From a virus, in the IMG/VR virus record IMGVR_UViG_3300045988_145683, positions 1 through 64,000 of that record: 64,000 bases of DNA; one strand, written 5' to 3'. Below the pieces are notes generated by a model. It saw only the letters and a list, made by a program, of their open reading frames with translations, was not told where the DNA came from and made no database searches. Numbering within the stretch: position 1 is the stretch's first letter; each line of letters begins with the position of its first letter. The translations under genes and the position numbers were made by a program. Positions 8,781-19,150 of this stretch are shown one piece after another.

Positions 8781-10674
8781 TTTAGATTCTTATGGAGTAA
8801 AAGATATTAAAACTCTTGAAGGTATAGAAGCAATTCGCCTTAGACCAGGTATGTATATTGGTTCTACTGGACCCGATGGAGTTAAACATATTACTCTTGA
8901 AATTATTTCAAACGCGGTTGATGAATATTTAAATGGTCATTGTACTCGTTGTGATATTTCAGTATCTAAAGATGGTTATGTTGAAATCCGCGATAATGGA
9001 CGTGGTGTTCCTTTTGGAAAAGCTAAAGATGGTAGTGAAACATTGGTAAATATTTATACTAAACTTCATACCGGTGCAAAATTTGACAGCAATGGAAAAA
9101 CTGGATATAATACATCTGGTGGTATGAACGGTGTTGGTGCTAAAGCCACTAACGCTCTTTCTCGTTATTTTCAAGTTGCATCTTTCCGCGATGGTAAACA
9201 CGCCGTTGCGTCTTTTGAAAAAGGAAAATTAAAAGATTATCAAGAAGAAAAATGGGCTGGTAAAGAGACCGGAACTTGGGTTAAATTTTTGCCAGATGAA
9301 AGTATTTTTAAAGAAGGTATTCTTCTTGATTATGATGCTTTAAGAAAACAAATTCAAGAATTAGCTTATCTTTCTCCTGGGATGGTATTTCATTTTACTT
9401 ATCTTGATAAACCAGAAGAAGAGATTACTTCAAAAAATGGTATTCTTGATTATATTAAAGATTTAAATAGCAATAAAACTTCTCTTACTTCAATTTTTTA
9501 TACTGAAAATATTGAAGATAGAATTGGTGTAAAAATTGCTATGGAGTATAACGATACTTATAGCGACACTTATAAACTTTATACTAATTCAATTCCTAAT
9601 AGTGGTGGAACGCATCTGACCGGTTTTAGAACAGCACTTACTACTTCTATTAATGAATACGCTCGTGATAAAGGTCTTTTAAAAGAGAAAGATGCTAATA
9701 TCACTGGTGAAGAACTTAAAGAAGGATTAAGTCTTGTTCTTTCATTTATTATGCCTGACCCGGTTTTCTCTGGTCAAACCAAAGATGTTTTATCCAGTAG
9801 TGAAGCAAGAACTATTGTTCAACGCCTTGTCTCAAAAGATTTAAAAGTTTGGCTTGATAATAATCCAAAAGATGCTAAAGCTATTGTAGATAAGGCAATG
9901 CTGGCACGCGCGGCCCGCGAAAAAGCGAAAAAGGCTAAAGAAACCGTTCGTAAGGTTGATACAAAGAAAAGAACCATTTTACCCGGCACATTAAGCGATG
10001 CCAATAGTAAAAATAGAAGTGAATGTGAAATTTTTATTGTTGAAGGTCGTTCCGCAGAAGGTCCTACTAAAGAAGCCCGTAATCGCAATACGCAAGCAGT
10101 TTTGCCTGTAAGAGGTAAAATTCTTAATACTTTAAAAACAGATCTGCATAAAGCATTAGGAAATAAAGAAATTAGTGCGATGATTGACGCTTTTGGTCTT
10201 GAGGTTAAAGATGGTAAAGTAATTGTAGATGAATCCAAATTACGTTATGGTAAGATTATTATTACAGCGGATGCCGATGTTGATGGTAGCCATATTCGTA
10301 TTTTATTCCTTACATTTATCTGGAAATTTGCGCCTGAATTAATTGAAAAAGGTTATATTTATGCGGCGGTTCCACCTCTCTATAAAGCGACTTGGGGCAC
10401 AAATATTAAATATCTTAAAGATGACGCTGCCCTTGAAACATTTAGAAAAACTATGAACCGATCTTTTGAGTTAGGTCGAATGAAAGGTCTTGGAGAAATG
10501 GACACTCATGAAATGGAACTCGTCATGAATCCAGAAACTCGCACCTTAAAACAGATTACAATGGATGATATGAATCTTGTAAATAAAACATTTATGGATT
10601 TGATGGGTGAATCAGTTGGCCCTCGTAAATCTTTCATTGAGTTAAATGCAGAAAGGGCCAATATTGATGTATAA
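8764..10674 (+). CDS. type II topoisomerase ATPase/TOPRIM subunit (GyrB-like, T4 gp39-like)
   Basis: GHKL ATPase N-terminus (LEGIEAIRLRPGMYIGSTG, NGRGVP) and TOPRIM EIFIVEGRSAEG...DADVDGSHI. No TAG codons. Confidence 0.85.
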   Translation: MTTTINLDSYGVKDIKTLEGIEAIRLRPGMYIGSTGPDGVKHITLEIISNAVDEYLNGHCTRCDISVSKDGYVEIRDNGRGVPFGKAKDGSETLVNIYTKLHTGAKFDSNGKTGYNTSGGMNGVGAKATNALSRYFQVASFRDGKHAVASFEKGKLKDYQEEKWAGKETGTWVKFLPDESIFKEGILLDYDALRKQIQELAYLSPGMVFHFTYLDKPEEEITSKNGILDYIKDLNSNKTSLTSIFYTENIEDRIGVKIAMEYNDTYSDTYKLYTNSIPNSGGTHLTGFRTALTTSINEYARDKGLLKEKDANITGEELKEGLSLVLSFIMPDPVFSGQTKDVLSSSEARTIVQRLVSKDLKVWLDNNPKDAKAIVDKAMLARAAREKAKKAKETVRKVDTKKRTILPGTLSDANSKNRSECEIFIVEGRSAEGPTKEARNRNTQAVLPVRGKILNTLKTDLHKALGNKEISAMIDAFGLEVKDGKVIVDESKLRYGKIIITADADVDGSHIRILFLTFIWKFAPELIEKGYIYAAVPPLYKATWGTNIKYLKDDAALETFRKTMNRSFELGRMKGLGEMDTHEMELVMNPETRTLKQITMDDMNLVNKTFMDLMGESVGPRKSFIELNAERANIDV

Positions 10675-10957
10675 AACTGATAAGGGATATGTAAGTAATT
10701 ATAAAGGAACACCTATTGAAATAATTCCTATTCGTAAAGATGACGTTATTTTAGCTCATGTTAATAAAGATATTGATATAATTACTTGTAGAGACCTCCA
10801 CGAACAATTACAAAAGTTATTTCCAGATAATAAAGTAAATATTATTAACGATTATTTTATTGATAAAATTACTATTTTTACTAATACTTCTTTTCATATT
10901 GATTGTGGAGAAAATGAATTTTTAGGGAGGCCATCACATGATTGCGATTTATACTGA
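10646..10957 (+). CDS. hypothetical protein
   Basis: Track ORF overlapping the end of the topoisomerase subunit. TGA stop. Confidence 0.3.
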   Translation: MQKGPILMYKTDKGYVSNYKGTPIEIIPIRKDDVILAHVNKDIDIITCRDLHEQLQKLFPDNKVNIINDYFIDKITIFTNTSFHIDCGENEFLGRPSHDCDLY

Positions 10958-11462
10958 TGGATCTTGTCGTGGAAACGGTAAAATAAATAATAGCGGTGGT
11001 TATGGGTTTGTTGTTATTGAATATGATAGCAATCCTGAGAACGGTGTTGTAATTGATGCTTGTCAAATAAACGCTTTTGAAGATACTACAAATAACAGAG
11101 AAGAAATTAAAGCTATTCTTCATGTATTGAAAAAATATGGCAAACATGATAATGGAGAATGGACTAATGATATCCCTACTGTATATAGTGATTCAGCCTA
11201 TTGTGTAAATACTTTTACCAATTGGATGTATGGATGGGAGCGTAATAATTGGATTAAATCCAATAAAAAAGTTCCAGAAAATCTTGATTTAATTAAAGAT
11301 TATTATGAAACAGAAAAGGAAGTTAAAATTGATTTAAGAAAAATTTCCGGGCATGATGGCCATTTGTGGAATGAGTTAGCAGATGGTCTTGCTACTGGAA
11401 AAATTACAGCTGAGGAGGTCCTTAAAAAATATGGGAGAGATTCTAAAAACTCCAATAGTTAA
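10938..11462 (+). CDS. rnhA: ribonuclease H (RNase HI family)
   Basis: IAIYTDGSCRGNG...YSDSAYCVN...GHDGHLWNELAD: the catalytic DEDD motif pattern of RNase HI. Confidence 0.8.
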   Translation: MIAIYTDGSCRGNGKINNSGGYGFVVIEYDSNPENGVVIDACQINAFEDTTNNREEIKAILHVLKKYGKHDNGEWTNDIPTVYSDSAYCVNTFTNWMYGWERNNWIKSNKKVPENLDLIKDYYETEKEVKIDLRKISGHDGHLWNELADGLATGKITAEEVLKKYGRDSKNSNS

Positions 11463-13806
11463 CGAAGTGGAGCAATCCTTCCTGGATTACTCTTTAAGTG
11501 TAATAACTGATAGAGCAATTCCATCTGCGGAAGATGGATTAAAACCAGTCGCAAGACGTATTCTTTATGATATGTTTGATAAAGGATACTTTAATAATAA
11601 AAAGTTTGTTAAGTGCGCTCAGCCAGTTGGTGATGCAATGGGTCGTTTTCATCCTCATGGTGATAGCTCTATCTATGGAGCTTTATGTCTTTTAAGCCAA
11701 CCTTGGACGATGCGTTATCCGTTAATTTCATTCCATGGTAATAATGGTAGTCGTGATGGTGGAGAGCCCGCAGCATATCGTTATACTGAATGTAAATTGT
11801 CTAAGGTCGGCGAAGAAATGCTTGCTGACATTAAAAAGAATACTTGTGATTGGCAATTAGCTTATACTGATGTTGAAAACGAACCAGTGTATTTGCCGGG
11901 TCGAATTCCGCATCTTCTTGTAAATGGTACTACTGGTATTGCGGTTGCCATGGCTTGTTCTTTTGCTCCACATAATTTAACTGAAATTATGGATGCAATT
12001 ATTTATACTTTGCGTAATAATAATTGTAAAGTTGAAGATTTGCTTCAATTTGTTCAAGGCCCTGATTTTCCTACTGGTGGAACTGTTATCAATAAAGATG
12101 AATTAAAAACTGCTTATTTAACTGGTAAAGGTCGAGCTCGTATGAGGGCTGATTATGTAATTGAGCATGAAAAAACACATGATTTAATTGTATTTACTAC
12201 AATTCCTTATAAAGTTTCAAAAGATACTCTTTGTGAAGATATTGATAAACTTTGTGAAGAAGGTAAATTAAATGGTATTGTTGCCATTAGAGATGAAAGC
12301 ACTAAAGATGGAGTACGTTTTGTAATTGAACTTGATAAGGGTGTTAGTGCTCAGCCTATTATTTCTAAACTTTATAAGTTATCTCGCCTTGAGGAAACAT
12401 ATAGTTTTAATCAGGTTGCTCTTGTTAATAAGAAGCCAAAACTTTTAAATCTTAAACAGCTTATTGAAATTTATATTAGCCATCAAAAAGATGTAATATT
12501 AAGAAAAACAAAATATGAATATGATAAAGCACAAGCTCGTATCCATATTTTAAATGGTATTCTTAAAGCTCTTGAAGATATTGATAACGTAATTGCTCTT
12601 ATTAAGAAGAGTGAAAGCGCGACTACTGCTCGTCAGGCTTTAATGACTCAATATAAATTAGATGAAGACCAAGCTAAAGCAATTCTTGATATTAAATTAA
12701 GTAGATTAGCTCGTTTAGAAAAAGTTGAAATCCAGGAGGAAAGAGATAATTTAATTAAAGAGAGTGAGCGTTTAGCTTTAATTCTTAAAGACCCTACTGA
12801 TGAACTTGAAAAGATTTTCATTACTATTAAAAATACTTATGGTGATGCGCGTATTACTAAAATCATTCAAGCTCCAGTAGAAAAAGAAGATAAAGAAATT
12901 GAATATGTCGAGCCTGAGAAATGCGTTGTTGTAATGACTGAGGGTGGAACAATTAAGCGTATTCCCACAACTTCTTATCGCACGCAAAAGAAAAATGGTA
13001 AAGGTATTAAATCTCAAGAAGATATTACCTCTTGTGTTTTAAGAACTAATACCATTGATTCTCTAATGATTTTCTCAAATAAAGGTGTAATGTATCGTCT
13101 TTTAGTTGACAATATTCCAGTAGGAACAAATAGTTCACAAGGCCAATCTATTAAGAGTCTTGTAAATATGGCTCCTGATGAAAGTCCTGAGACAATGTAT
13201 TCAATTTATAGAGATACTGATGCTAAATATGTATTATTTACTACTAAGAACGGACTTGTAAAGAAGACTGCTTTGGAAGAATATATTAATACAAAGAAAA
13301 AGACCGGTATTGTCGCAATTAGTTTGCGCGAAGGTGATAGTTTAGCGTCTGTATGTTTAATTAAAGATGAACCTATTGTATTGACAACTAAAAATGGTAT
13401 GGGAATTAAATTTAATTCTACAGACATTACTGCGACCTCTCGTGCTACTGCTGGAGTTAAAGGTATTAATCTTAACGAAAGTGATGAAGTAATTTCTACT
13501 ATGCCAATTCGGCATGATACTGATTCTATAGCAGTATTTAGTGAAAATGGCTTAGGAAAGAAATTATCGTTAAATGAATTGACTTTACAAAAACGTGGTG
13601 GTAAAGGACTTAACATATATAAAACAAGTGGGTCTACCGGTCCATTGACCGCAACTGCGTTAATTGCTGATGAAGACAATCTACTTATTACCGGGGATAA
13701 AGCATCTATTTGCGTTTCCGCAAAAGACATTCCTGCTCTTGGGCGTATTTCTGTTGGTAATCAGATTATTAAGTCTAGCAAGATTAAGTCAGCAACTAAG
13801 GTATAA
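11431..13806 (+). CDS. type II topoisomerase DNA breakage-reunion subunit (GyrA-like, T4 gp52-like)
   Basis: ATG 11431 follows a GAGGAGG RBS. KPVARRILYDM active-site-Tyr region. No TAG codons. Confidence 0.85.
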   Translation: MGEILKTPIVNEVEQSFLDYSLSVITDRAIPSAEDGLKPVARRILYDMFDKGYFNNKKFVKCAQPVGDAMGRFHPHGDSSIYGALCLLSQPWTMRYPLISFHGNNGSRDGGEPAAYRYTECKLSKVGEEMLADIKKNTCDWQLAYTDVENEPVYLPGRIPHLLVNGTTGIAVAMACSFAPHNLTEIMDAIIYTLRNNNCKVEDLLQFVQGPDFPTGGTVINKDELKTAYLTGKGRARMRADYVIEHEKTHDLIVFTTIPYKVSKDTLCEDIDKLCEEGKLNGIVAIRDESTKDGVRFVIELDKGVSAQPIISKLYKLSRLEETYSFNQVALVNKKPKLLNLKQLIEIYISHQKDVILRKTKYEYDKAQARIHILNGILKALEDIDNVIALIKKSESATTARQALMTQYKLDEDQAKAILDIKLSRLARLEKVEIQEERDNLIKESERLALILKDPTDELEKIFITIKNTYGDARITKIIQAPVEKEDKEIEYVEPEKCVVVMTEGGTIKRIPTTSYRTQKKNGKGIKSQEDITSCVLRTNTIDSLMIFSNKGVMYRLLVDNIPVGTNSSQGQSIKSLVNMAPDESPETMYSIYRDTDAKYVLFTTKNGLVKKTALEEYINTKKKTGIVAISLREGDSLASVCLIKDEPIVLTTKNGMGIKFNSTDITATSRATAGVKGINLNESDEVISTMPIRHDTDSIAVFSENGLGKKLSLNELTLQKRGGKGLNIYKTSGSTGPLTATALIADEDNLLITGDKASICVSAKDIPALGRISVGNQIIKSSKIKSATKV

Positions 13807-13815
13807 AATCTTATA

Positions 13816-13850
13816 AAGGAGGATTGTATCCTCCTTTACTTGATTTTTTT
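13816..13850 (+). terminator. rho-independent terminator
   Basis: Hairpin AAAGGAGGA...TCCTCCTTT followed by a T-run. Overlaps the -35 of the next promoter. Confidence 0.5.
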
Positions 13851-13868
13851 AAAAAATTTTTCTATAAT
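13840..13868 (+). promoter_or_regulatory. sigma70-like promoter TTGATT-17-TATAAT
   Basis: Hexamers with a 17-nt spacer, upstream of the ligase gene. Confidence 0.5.
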
Positions 13869-13897
13869 ATATTTAAAGATAGGACGGAAATAAATCA

Positions 13898-15109
13898 ATG
13901 AGTTTCTCTAAAGAATTGCTTGATAAGTATGCTCCAGAAGCAGATTGTATCCAAGCGATGAAAATTTGGAAATTGCCCGATGGTAAAGAGAGTCTTTTCC
14001 CCGTTGTTTGTAATGGCGGTGAATATTTTGCTGAATTGAAAAAAGATGGATATTGGTATCAGTATGAAAAGACAGAACATTATGATTATTTATTTAGTCG
14101 TAATGTAAGTGCAAATACTGGTATTTTAACTGAAAAGTTAGCAAATGTCCCTCATATTCATGAAGCACTCAAAGATTTACCTTCCGGCACTATTTTAATA
14201 GGTGAAATTTATTATCCAGGTAAAACTTCTAAAGATGTGACTAAAATTATGGGATGTTTAGCACCTGAAGCGATTAAACGTCAGCAGTCCAGTGGATTAA
14301 TCCATTATTATTTACATGATGTTATTAAATATAATGGAATTAATATTCAAAATGAGGGTGCTTGGACACGTTATCAGGTATTAAAAGCCATTTGGGATAA
14401 ATTTAATTTAAGTCAATATTCTTATATGGAACTTGCAGATGCAGTTCTTGATAATATTCAAGAATTTACTGCGGCCGCTCTTACTGCGGGTGAAGAAGGC
14501 GCAGTTTTGAAGAAAAAAGATGCTCCATATATTCCAGATAAGCGACCAGCATGGTCTTCTATCAAAATTAAAAAAATGGACTATGTTGATTGTATTTGCA
14601 TTGGATTTGAAGATGCAACTAAATATTATGATGGTAAAGAAATTACGACCTGGCCTTATTGGGAAATAAAAACTCCAATGTTTTATGATTGTTTTGAAGA
14701 AGATCATTGTTTCGCAGGATGGTCAAAACCCCAATTAGTAAAAGGAAATTTCTATAAAAATTATTTGAAGAATCCTCCTGCTAATGGAAGTAATTTATTA
14801 GAAGATGATGAAAAATATTATCAGCCAATTACCAAAGGCTATTATTATGGATGGAAGACATCTATGAAGTTAGGCGCCTATGATAATAAAGGAAATCTTA
14901 TTGAAATCGGAACGGTATCCTCTGGATTAACCGATGAACTTAAAGAAGCTTTTGCTAAGGAACCTGAAAAATACCTTAACCGAGTAGTTTCTATACAATG
15001 TATGGAAATTAATAGCAAAGACCATACTTTAAGACATGGATTTTTTAAAGGATTCCGCGATGATAAGAACATTACCGACTGCACTTTGGCGGAATGTTTT
15101 GACAAATAA
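13898..15109 (+). CDS. ATP-dependent DNA ligase
   Basis: Adenylation motif AELKKDGYWYQ (KxDG), EGAVLKKKD, OB domain. No TAG codons. Confidence 0.85.
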   Translation: MSFSKELLDKYAPEADCIQAMKIWKLPDGKESLFPVVCNGGEYFAELKKDGYWYQYEKTEHYDYLFSRNVSANTGILTEKLANVPHIHEALKDLPSGTILIGEIYYPGKTSKDVTKIMGCLAPEAIKRQQSSGLIHYYLHDVIKYNGINIQNEGAWTRYQVLKAIWDKFNLSQYSYMELADAVLDNIQEFTAAALTAGEEGAVLKKKDAPYIPDKRPAWSSIKIKKMDYVDCICIGFEDATKYYDGKEITTWPYWEIKTPMFYDCFEEDHCFAGWSKPQLVKGNFYKNYLKNPPANGSNLLEDDEKYYQPITKGYYYGWKTSMKLGAYDNKGNLIEIGTVSSGLTDELKEAFAKEPEKYLNRVVSIQCMEINSKDHTLRHGFFKGFRDDKNITDCTLAECFDK

Positions 15110-15127
15110 AAAAATTTTTTGTAAAAT
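15099..15127 (+). promoter_or_regulatory. promoter-like TTGACA-17-TAAAAT embedded in a gene 3' end
   Basis: TTGACAAATAAAAAAATTTTTTG spans the ligase stop codon. A near-identical copy lies at 15351. Confidence 0.4.
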
Positions 15128-15160
15128 AAACTTGTAAAAATTAAGGAAGAAAATTTTTAA

Positions 15161-15361
15161 ATGAAAACAAAAGAACTCAAGAATCTCGCAAAAAAAATTG
15201 CTAATGCAGAATTAATCGTTCAGACAAGTGAAGACCCGCAAGCTGTTCGTAAAGCCCAGAATCAAATTATGGAACTTTCGAGCCACGTTCACAGTCTTGA
15301 TGATATTACAACCATTGATGAAATGGTTCAAGAAATTCTTGGAAAAATTCTTGACAAATAA
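15161..15361 (+). CDS. hypothetical small acidic protein
   Basis: Track ORF. Its 3' end repeats the TTGACAAATAAAAAATTTTTT motif. Confidence 0.4.
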   Translation: MKTKELKNLAKKIANAELIVQTSEDPQAVRKAQNQIMELSSHVHSLDDITTIDEMVQEILGKILDK

Positions 15362-15379
15362 AAAATTTTTTACTATAAT
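15351..15379 (+). promoter_or_regulatory. sigma70-like promoter TTGACA-17-TATAAT
   Basis: Exact hexamers. The -35 overlaps the stop codon of the 15161 gene. Confidence 0.5.
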
Positions 15380-15453
15380 ATTTACATAACCTAAAGGTTA
15401 AAAGAAAAAAAATAAAAAAAATATTTAATTATTTAAAGGAGATTATTATTATT

Positions 15454-15723
15454 ATGGCTATGAAGGAAAATTCTAAGAAGGTTCTTAATTATTTGAAGGA
15501 AGTTAACGGTCAGGAAGTTACTGCTGCTGATGTTGCTGAGGCTCTCGGTCTCGAGAAGCGTTCTGTTGATGGTATTTTTACCAGTGCTATTCAGCGCAAA
15601 GGTCTCGGTCTTCGCACTCCCGCTGAGGTTGAGCTTGAGGACGGCACTCATAAGCAGGTCAAGTTCCTCTCTCTCACTCCCGCTGGCATGAGCTTTGATC
15701 CCGACGCTCCTGACGCGGAGTAA
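15454..15723 (+). CDS. small hypothetical protein (possible winged-helix DNA binder), GC-rich codon usage
   Basis: Track ORF. Strong GGAG RBS. Uses G/C-ending codons, atypical for this genome. Confidence 0.45.
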   Translation: MAMKENSKKVLNYLKEVNGQEVTAADVAEALGLEKRSVDGIFTSAIQRKGLGLRTPAEVELEDGTHKQVKFLSLTPAGMSFDPDAPDAE

Positions 15724-15738
15724 TTAATATAGATTATT

Positions 15739-15775
15739 AAGGGGTAGATATTTAATATCTGCCCCTTCTTTTTTA
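15739..15775 (+). terminator. rho-independent terminator
   Basis: Hairpin AAGGGGTAGATA...ATCTGCCCCTT followed by T6. Confidence 0.6.
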
Positions 15776-15782
15776 AGTATTT

Positions 15783-16796
15783 ATGCTTACTTTAATAATT
15801 GCTATACTGGCGTTTATTATTGGTGGATTTTTAATATATTTTATTTTACGTCCACGACTAAATAATATTCAAAAGCTCAATGAAGAAATAGTAAAACAAA
15901 ATAAAGAGCTTGAATCTAAAAATTCAGATTTAGATGATTAGTATACAATATTATCAACGGCAGTAAAAAGTATTACTTCCAGAAAAGAAGAAGTAGAAAA
16001 TAATTTAAATATTCTTTAGTCCAAAAGAGACGAAGTTGAAAATAGTTTAAATTCTTTATAGAATCAGGCAAAGCAATCAGCGGACATTTTCTATCAGCAA
16101 TCAATGGAAAATGCTCGTGTTCGTCTTGAATATGATTTAAATAAACAAGAATTTAAATATACAAAAGCTAAAGAAGAATATGAAAATGAATATCAATCAA
16201 CTCTTGTTGATTGTTCTTTAGAATTATCTAATTTAATTAATTCTAAAAAAGAAGAATTAAATAAATTAGATGAAGAAATTCAATTACATAGTAGAGAAGT
16301 TGCGGCCGCAGTTGATGCTGCGAAACGTGCCGAAGAAATTAAAAATCAAGCTGATTTCTATAAATTATAGTTGTCTCAAATAGATATTGATGAAATCAGT
16401 CTTCTTCGTTCTATTGAACCAAGACTTCGTGATAAAGATATTTTAAATAAAGTAATTTGGAAAAGCTATTATGAAAAACCAACTACAGATTTGATTGGTC
16501 GAGTAATTGGCTCTGGAGTCCATACAGGGATTTATAAAATTACTAATTTAGAAAATCAAATGTGTTATGTGGGTCAAGCAGTCGATCTTTCTGCGCGTTG
16601 GAAACAGCACATTAAACGCGGAATTGGTGCGGAACCCGCCACGCGCAATAAACTTTATCCTGCTATGTTGGCTATTGGAGTAGAAAATTTTAGTTTTGAA
16701 GTAATAGAAGAATGTTCTCGTAAAGAGTTAGATGTGCGAGAAGATTACTGGCAAGACTATTTTAAAGCTAAGGAATTTGGGTATAGTATAAAATAA
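15783..16796 (+). CDS. membrane-anchored coiled-coil protein fused to a C-terminal GIY-YIG nuclease domain; 4 in-frame TAG codons
   Basis: ATG 15783 (MLTLIIAILAFIIGGFLIYFIL, a TM helix) is in frame with track ORFs 16104..16370 and 16371..16796. They are separated only by TAG codons (about 15951, 16017, 16047, 16368). The C-terminus has GIYKITNLENQMCYVGQAVDLSARWKQH...GVENFSFEVIEE. Confidence 0.6.
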
Positions 16797-17071
16797 TGTA
16801 TAGAATAATTGATAAACGTGGAACAGGAAAAACGAGTAGATTAATACTGTTAGCCAAAGAGAAAAATGCTATTATTGCTTGTTCTAATCCTGATGCTATG
16901 AGAATTAAGTCAGAAGGATATGGAATTATTGGAATTGATTTTATTTCATATTATGATTATATAAATGGGAATTATCCAAAAGGCAGTATGGTATTCATTG
17001 ATGAACTTGATTGTTTTGTTCGTTCTCTTGGGCATAATCTAAGCGGATATACTTTAAGTAATGAGGATTGA
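16796..17071 (+). CDS. small P-loop-containing hypothetical protein
   Basis: Track ORF. DKRGTGKTSRLIL. TGA stop. Confidence 0.35.
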   Translation: MYRIIDKRGTGKTSRLILLAKEKNAIIACSNPDAMRIKSEGYGIIGIDFISYYDYINGNYPKGSMVFIDELDCFVRSLGHNLSGYTLSNED

Positions 17072-17073
17072 TT

Positions 17074-17736
17074 ATGAAAAATAATAAAATCGTCAGTAAT
17101 GTGAGAGTTTATGATTTGCCAGAAAGTATGGTTGCTTCTGGGTATCCAATGAGAACGGATACCGAGCAACATCCAATTAATGATAAAGATATGACAAGAT
17201 GTTAGAATCTTGTATCTGCCACAAAAAGTGGTAATATGGCCCATGCCCAATTTTTAACCGGTATTAGAGTTAATTTTGATTTAACTTTTTCCAATAAGGC
17301 TTGGGTCGAAGCAGAAAGATATAGATTCCTTGAATTTGTATCTTCACAATCCACAATGCATTGCATTACTAAATTTGATTTAAATGAACAATATAATGAA
17401 TATGTTGATCCAAGAATCATTGAAATAATGCGTGAGAAAGTTGATATTTATAATAAACTTTTAAGTATTATTGATAGAATTAAGCATTGTGAAACTGAAA
17501 ACAAAAATGAAAAAATTAAAATGCTTGAGCAGTTAGAAGAGATTAGAAAAGAAAAATATCTTGAAATTTTATACTCTAATCCTGCTGGATTTTTGCTTAC
17601 CGCAAGATTAACTACTAATTATAGATGTTTAAGAAACATATATATTTAGAGAAAAAACCATCGTCTTCCCGAATGGAGAGAATTCTGTAAATGGATTGAA
17701 ACTCTTCCTTATGCGGAAGAACTATTGGTAAATTAA
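17074..17736 (+). CDS. hypothetical protein (2 in-frame TAG codons)
   Basis: ATG 17074 is in frame with track ORF 17236..17649, through TAG 17203. The ORF's apparent stop at 17647 is itself TAG. Read-through continues to TAA 17734-17736. Confidence 0.4.
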
Positions 17737-17743
17737 TCATAAC

Positions 17744-17772
17744 TTGATTTTTCTAAATAAATATTATATAAT
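17744..17772 (+). promoter_or_regulatory. sigma70-like promoter TTGATT-17-TATAAT
   Basis: Hexamers with a 17-nt spacer, upstream of 17811. Confidence 0.5.
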
Positions 17773-17810
17773 ATTTATATAAGATAAAGAAAGGTTATAA
17801 ACTTTTTAAA

Positions 17811-18188
17811 ATGAGTAAGAAACAAGCATTTATTGATTATGTTGAAGAATTAATTGTTGCCACTAATGAAAACCGCTATCCAGTAGTAATGAGTGAAGAT
17901 GCTAGTATCTATTGGGAAGCGTTAAAAGCTAAAGAAGAAACTGAAAAGCCTCTATTTACTGAGGGCGGAAAAGCCATTATTAAATGGATGCAAGATAATA
18001 ATAAAGATATTCCTCTTGTTAAATCAAGAGAAATTGCCGAATATCTCGGTGTGTCTAGCCGTGGAGTTGCGGGTTCCATGCGCAAATTAGTATCTGATGG
18101 TTTCGTAGAAAAAGTTAGTCAAGATCCAATTATTTATACTTTAACAGAAAAAGGAAAAAATATTAATTTATTGAATTTATTTAATTAA
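17811..18188 (+). CDS. hypothetical protein with C-terminal HTH/winged-helix-like segment
   Basis: Track ORF. REIAEYLGVSSRGVAGSMRKLVSDGFVEKV. Confidence 0.4.
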   Translation: MSKKQAFIDYVEELIVATNENRYPVVMSEDASIYWEALKAKEETEKPLFTEGGKAIIKWMQDNNKDIPLVKSREIAEYLGVSSRGVAGSMRKLVSDGFVEKVSQDPIIYTLTEKGKNINLLNLFN

Positions 18189-18202
18189 GGAGAAATTTAT
18201 TT

Positions 18203-19150
18203 ATGAAGAAAGTAATGGAAAATGCTACTCATATTGAAGGTATCTTGTACGAACATGCTTTGGAAAATAAGGTAACCGGACCAAATTCTAAGAACCCCGG
18301 CACTCCTTTTATTTCTGGTACTATTAGTATTGCTACTGATAATGCTCTTACTAATATCGTCCAGGTTCACTTTACTTATGTAACTCAAACTACTACTAAG
18401 GGCACTCCTAATGCTACATATAGTATTCTTCAGAATATTATTGATGGTACAATTGGTAATTATATGGCTGATGGAGAAGATAAAGCTGCTAAGCTTCGTG
18501 TCGATTCTGCGATTGGTCTTAATGAATTTTATTCTGATCGTAACGGCAAGGAAGAGCTTGTAAGCACTAAGCGCAATGAGGGCGGATTTGTTCATACTAC
18601 TACTACTCTTATTGATGATGAAAAGCAGCGCAATACTTTTAAGTGTGACATGATTATCACCAATGTGACTCATGTTGATGCTGATGAAGAGCATAATATC
18701 CCTGAAAAGGTAATTGTTAAGGGAGCAATTTTTGATTTCCGCAAGTCTTTACTTCCTGTTGAGTTTACAGCTACTAATCCTGGAGCCATGGCTTATTATG
18801 AGGGTCTTGGAGCTTCTCCTTCTGAACCTGTATTCACAAAGCTTTGGGGCCGTCAGGTATCTGAAGTAATTAAGCGCGAGATTCGTGAAGAGTCTGCGTT
18901 CGGTGACGATAATGTCCGTGAGGTTCAGAGCACTCGTAAGGATTTTGTTATTACCGGTGGCGCTAAGGAGCCTTATGTTTGGGATGATGAAAGTTCTATC
19001 ACTGCGAAAGAACTTACTGAAGCTATGGCCGCACGTGAGACTTATCTTGCTACTTTGAAGCAGCGCCAAGATGAATATAAAGCTTCTAAGCAGAATGCCA
19101 CTACTGCTACTACTGTTGCATCCACTGCTACGGAAGGTTTTAAATTCTAA
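18203..19150 (+). CDS. putative ssDNA-binding protein (phage SSB-like; acidic tail, C-terminal Phe)
   Basis: It sits directly upstream of a Sak4-like ATPase, a common SSB-recombinase pairing. GC-richer codon usage suggests high expression. Ends ...EGFKF. The functional call is an inference. Confidence 0.4.
   Translation: MKKVMENATHIEGILYEHALENKVTGPNSKNPGTPFISGTISIATDNALTNIVQVHFTYVTQTTTKGTPNATYSILQNIIDGTIGNYMADGEDKAAKLRVDSAIGLNEFYSDRNGKEELVSTKRNEGGFVHTTTTLIDDEKQRNTFKCDMIITNVTHVDADEEHNIPEKVIVKGAIFDFRKSLLPVEFTATNPGAMAYYEGLGASPSEPVFTKLWGRQVSEVIKREIREESAFGDDNVREVQSTRKDFVITGGAKEPYVWDDESSITAKELTEAMAARETYLATLKQRQDEYKASKQNATTATTVASTATEGFKF

Noticed and set aside
10646-10957. Possibility that 10646..10957 is an intein or intron product splitting the two topoisomerase subunits
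   Set aside because: Both topoisomerase subunits are complete by motif content (GyrB-like ends after TOPRIM; GyrA-like starts with its own RBS). The T4-type split into separate genes explains the layout, and RNase H is simply inserted between them.
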